Positions 60,825 to 64,000 of a stretch of 64,000 nucleotides of DNA are shown one piece after another. Source of the DNA: Bacteroidia bacterium (GTDB lineage: Bacteria; Bacteroidota; Bacteroidia; UBA4408); NCBI GenBank assembly GCA_023262495.1, contig JALRAS010000001.1:4486-68485 (forward strand), in the 5' to 3' direction. The notes below the pieces were generated by a model. That model saw only the letters and a list, made by a program, of their open reading frames with translations. It ran no database searches and had not been told where the DNA came from. Position 1 is the first letter of the stretch; each line of letters begins with the position of its first letter. The translations under genes and the position numbers were made by a program.

Positions 60825-63800
60825 CTATTTACTAATGACCATTTTCTTATAGTATTTAATGTTGTTGTCTGTAACTTGTATGAGATACACACCATTGATT
60901 AAATCAGGCAAATCCAAACTTAAAGTTTGCCTATCGCTTGAAAATTTTCCCTGCCATACATGAGTTCCTGTTATTGAAAGAATATTGATCTCTACATTTT
61001 TTCCAAAATCTGAGCCAAAAAGTAATTTAAAATTACCTCTGTTCGGGTTAGGAATAATGCTGAATGATTTATTTGGCGCTTTCATTATTGACTTAATACC
61101 AACATCACCAAAAACATCTCTTCTCACAGTATTAGAATTACTTTTAATACTTGCTGCTCGCACCGTATCGCATGCTCCTGTCAATGGCACGGTTACCCAA
61201 TATGCCAAGGCGGTGTCTTGCCCTGCAGTTGTATCCGGATAACTGAATGAGTTACTCGAGACAATGGCAAAAATACTATCAGGATTGGTGGTTGTTTCCT
61301 TGTGTAATTCAAAAACTCCGAATGGTAGACCCCCATAGGCATTCCAAGATAAATCGTTGATTGCACCGTTGTTGGCTGTAGTCACCTGTAAATTGATAGT
61401 GGTATGAAAAAGATTGGGGATGCTAGTTCCACCGCAAACATCCTTAAGTGCAAGTCCGTAAGTGTAGTAGTGGGCAGCAGTATTTACGGTATCTCCTAAT
61501 GCTCCCCATGTTGGAATACTAATATCATCAATATCCTCAAATTGATAGTAAACCGCATTGGCATCATACGCTATTGAAGCAATGGTATCAAAACCGAATA
61601 CAATATCAGACTTTCTCAAAATTAAAAAACTATCAATTTGGGTTGTGGTTGAAGGGTTTGCCCAATAAATAAAATTTCTTTGAGAAGGCAAGTCTACACT
61701 TACAAAGCAAATTGAACTTGGATCTGGACCAAAATTAGCTATAGGCACAGAGGTAGCGCTTGTACAACCATTATTGTCGGTAACTATTACATTATAAATC
61801 CCTGTTTGATTGATGGTAATTGTTTGCTGATTACCAATGATATTTGGACTGATGAGGCGTTGCCATGCATAATCTACGTAGCCTGCAGTGGCTTGCAAGG
61901 TAGCGGTATTATTTGGCGTGCATGGATCAAATGGATCAATAATCGTAATCACAGGAGGTGGCGGTGGCTGATTAAATAATACCTGTACCACGTTAGACAT
62001 ATTGATACAGTTATTTAAAGTATCGTTTACCAAAACACTATAAAAACCTGAGTAGCTCTGTTGTGTACCATATGAGCAATTATAGGTAGAATCATTTGCA
62101 CCACCTATTACTGTGCCATTATAGTACCATTGATAAATAGCATTAGGAACCGAATTTGTGGAGAGCACCACCGGCAATCCATTGCATCCATAAATTGGAC
62201 CAGACTCATTAATGAATGGTTGATTGGTGCATGTATTTCCCGATATATCTATTGAGAAACCTGCAACTATTGTATCGATACAACCAGTTAAAATATCTTG
62301 TGCTATTAGAGTAACAACATAGGAGCCATTGTTGAAGTATGTATATGAGAAATTTTGGTTGTTATTGAATTGTGTAAATCCGTCACCAAAATCCCAAGTG
62401 AAATTATACTGCCCCAAAGATGCATATGGATTTGTGAAATTAACTATGTATGGAGGGGCCTGATTAAAAGTTAAAGGACTTGCAGTAAAACTGATACCAA
62501 ATGAAACCGGAGCATAGTTAACCTGTACCGTGTCAGAATCAGTACACACACCATCACTCACATTTACCACGTAGGTAGTGCTGACACCGGGAGCAGCAAC
62601 AGGACTAGCAATATTGGTATTGCTTAATCCAATAGTGGGAGTCCATATATAGTTAACAAATCCACTCCCGTTATAATTAAGTGTTGTATTCAAAGGAGCA
62701 GTTAATCCACAGGTGATATTCTGATCAGAGCCCGCATCAATATTTATGTCAACAACCGCAAGCGACTGAACAGCACTACCCACACAGTTATTACTATCTG
62801 TGTAGGTGTAGGTAATATTAAAACTGCCCGGACCCGAAACAGCAGGATTAAATAAATTTCCACCAGTTACTCCGACTCCCGAATATGCACCACCTTGAGG
62901 ATTACCTCCGGTAAGATTGAATGCAGCAAGGCCGTTGCAAACATTGTTCAATGTACTGAAGGTTACATTTGGCAGTGTATTTACAGTGAATACCGAGGTG
63001 TCAGAATTGACACACCCGTTGATATCAGTATAGGTATAGTTTATAATATGTGTGCCGACTCCAGCCAATTGCGGTGAAAAATTATTGCCACTTACACCAT
63101 TTCCACTGAATGTTCCCCCTAAGGGATTGACTGTATTTATGGCGACAGATGAAGCGTTAATGCAAATATTAGTTGGAGAAGCCGTAAAATCAACCACGGG
63201 CAAATCATTCACAACAATATTTATTGTGTCGGCAGCAATACATCCGTTAGGATATGTGACCGTATAAATTACTTCATGGGTTCCAGGTCCAGCGAGTGAA
63301 GGATTGAAAGTATTTCCTACAACGCCTAACCCTGTAAAAGTACCACCTAAAGGTGAATAGGTAAAAGATACTGATGAAGCATTAACACAGAGGGGAGCAA
63401 TTGGCTGTAAGATAGGTGGAGCAACAGCAACAACTGTTATATTTTGCGTTTGCACTGAACTGCAGTTATTGCCATCAGTATAATTGTAGGTAATGACAAA
63501 AGTTCCAAGTCCTGTCAATGCAGGGTCAAAAGTATTTCCTACCACACCCGCACCTGAAAATGTTCCACCGGCAGGACTGGCAGAAAGGTTTATAATTCCA
63601 CCAGCAACACAGACACTTGTAGGCACATTTAGTGTAATGATTGGCGAGGGGGTCAACGTGATATTTTGTGATGCAGTTCCTGAGCAACCATTTGGATCAA
63701 CAAACGTGTAAAGAACATCTGTTGAAGTGCCGTTGATAAATGACGGATAAAAAATTGAATCGTTAAAGACTCCAATACCTGAGTAGAATCCACCTGTGGG

Positions 63801-64000
63801 GATACCACCAGTTAAAACAATATTCCCTGCATCAGCGCAGATTATATCAGTTGGAGGTATTGTTACTGTTGGATTGGCATTGACAAGTAAGGAAAGGTTT
63901 GTAATACTTGAACAACCTGTTAAGGGGTCGTTATAGGTATAATCCACCGGATAAGTCCCAGGGTTCTGTGCATTATAGGTCCCCAGATTAGCTATCCCAT
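60825..64000 (-). CDS. Giant secreted cell-surface protein with tandem Ig-like/SprB-type repeats and a T9SS C-terminal sorting domain; the N-terminus lies outside the window
   Basis: At least 1040 aa are visible. There are at least six repeats of the form GG.FSG.GV.GN.F.P…G.G…I.Y.YTD.NGC. The C-terminal ~80 aa (…FSIIPNPNRGNFKLLF…INGVYLIQV…) look like a type-A Por-secretion CTD. Confidence 0.8.
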   Translation of the reverse strand, partial: GIANLGTYNAQNPGTYPVDYTYNDPLTGCSSITNLSLLVNANPTVTIPPTDIICADAGNIVLTGGIPTGGFYSGIGVFNDSIFYPSFINGTSTDVLYTFVDPNGCSGTASQNITLTPSPIITLNVPTSVCVAGGIINLSASPAGGTFSGAGVVGNTFDPALTGLGTFVITYNYTDGNNCSSVQTQNITVVAVAPPILQPIAPLCVNASSVSFTYSPLGGTFTGLGVVGNTFNPSLAGPGTHEVIYTVTYPNGCIAADTINIVVNDLPVVDFTASPTNICINASSVAINTVNPLGGTFSGNGVSGNNFSPQLAGVGTHIINYTYTDINGCVNSDTSVFTVNTLPNVTFSTLNNVCNGLAAFNLTGGNPQGGAYSGVGVTGGNLFNPAVSGPGSFNITYTYTDSNNCVGSAVQSLAVVDINIDAGSDQNITCGLTAPLNTTLNYNGSGFVNYIWTPTIGLSNTNIASPVAAPGVSTTYVVNVSDGVCTDSDTVQVNYAPVSFGISFTASPLTFNQAPPYIVNFTNPYASLGQYNFTWDFGDGFTQFNNNQNFSYTYFNNGSYVVTLIAQDILTGCIDTIVAGFSIDISGNTCTNQPFINESGPIYGCNGLPVVLSTNSVPNAIYQWYYNGTVIGGANDSTYNCSYGTQQSYSGFYSVLVNDTLNNCINMSNVVQVLFNQPPPPPVITIIDPFDPCTPNNTATLQATAGYVDYAWQRLISPNIIGNQQTITINQTGIYNVIVTDNNGCTSATSVPIANFGPDPSSICFVSVDLPSQRNFIYWANPSTTTQIDSFLILRKSDIVFGFDTIASIAYDANAVYYQFEDIDDISIPTWGALGDTVNTAAHYYTYGLALKDVCGGTSIPNLFHTTINLQVTTANNGAINDLSWNAYGGLPFGVFELHKETTTNPDSIFAIVSSNSFSYPDTTAGQDTALAYWVTVPLTGACDTVRAASIKSNSNTVRRDVFGDVGIKSIMKAPNKSFSIIPNPNRGNFKLLFGSDFGKNVEINILSITGTHVWQGKFSSDRQTLSLDLPDLINGVYLIQVTDNNIKYYKKMVISK

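Noticed and set aside
60755-60895. 47-codon N-terminal extension of ribD overlapping the stop region of the T9SS protein
   Set aside because: RibD homology begins at MIEHQEYMQRCL, and the extension has no conserved features.

Overview
This 64 kb window looks like chromosomal DNA from a Bacteroidetes bacterium, most likely of the Sphingobacteriia/Chitinophagia/Flavobacteriia type. The protein-level evidence for that is a partial giant secreted protein ending in a T9SS C-terminal sorting domain, a probable gldB-gldC gliding-motility pair, a propeller/Y_Y_Y hybrid two-component kinase, a 754-aa mitochondrial-type aconitase, a stand-alone atpD-atpC pair, and an ABC-2 permease::M1 aminopeptidase fusion. 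Almost all genes are on the minus strand and most are housekeeping: rlmN, aconitase, ansA, tatD, atpDC, a P-type ATPase, tatC, nadE, folA, folB, gmd, ribD, rluD, yigZ, an SRAP/YedK gene and an LPS-type glycosyltransferase cluster. Four things stand out against that background. First, an AT-rich ~5.5 kb island at 36444-41827 encodes six uncharacterised proteins and is bounded on its low-coordinate side by mosaic intergenic repeats. Its genes are an HTH protein, a DMT-like exporter, a 66-aa ORF translationally coupled to two paralogues that share a novel ~100-aa N-terminal module, and a UDG-fold-like protein. Second, a PLP aminotransferase and an FAD monooxygenase fused to a DsbA-like thioredoxin domain form an overlapping two-gene operon, and a secreted paralogue of the DsbA-like domain lies 14 kb away. 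Third, three families of hairpin-rich, modular intergenic repeats (called X, Y and Z here) recur upstream of minus-strand genes; the Y hairpins carry a palindromic TTGCAA loop. Fourth, there is an N-terminally truncated M48 metallopeptidase remnant. No rRNA, tRNA, CRISPR array, transposase or integrase was recognised. All calls rest on reading the translated ORFs and the DNA by eye; no database search was possible.
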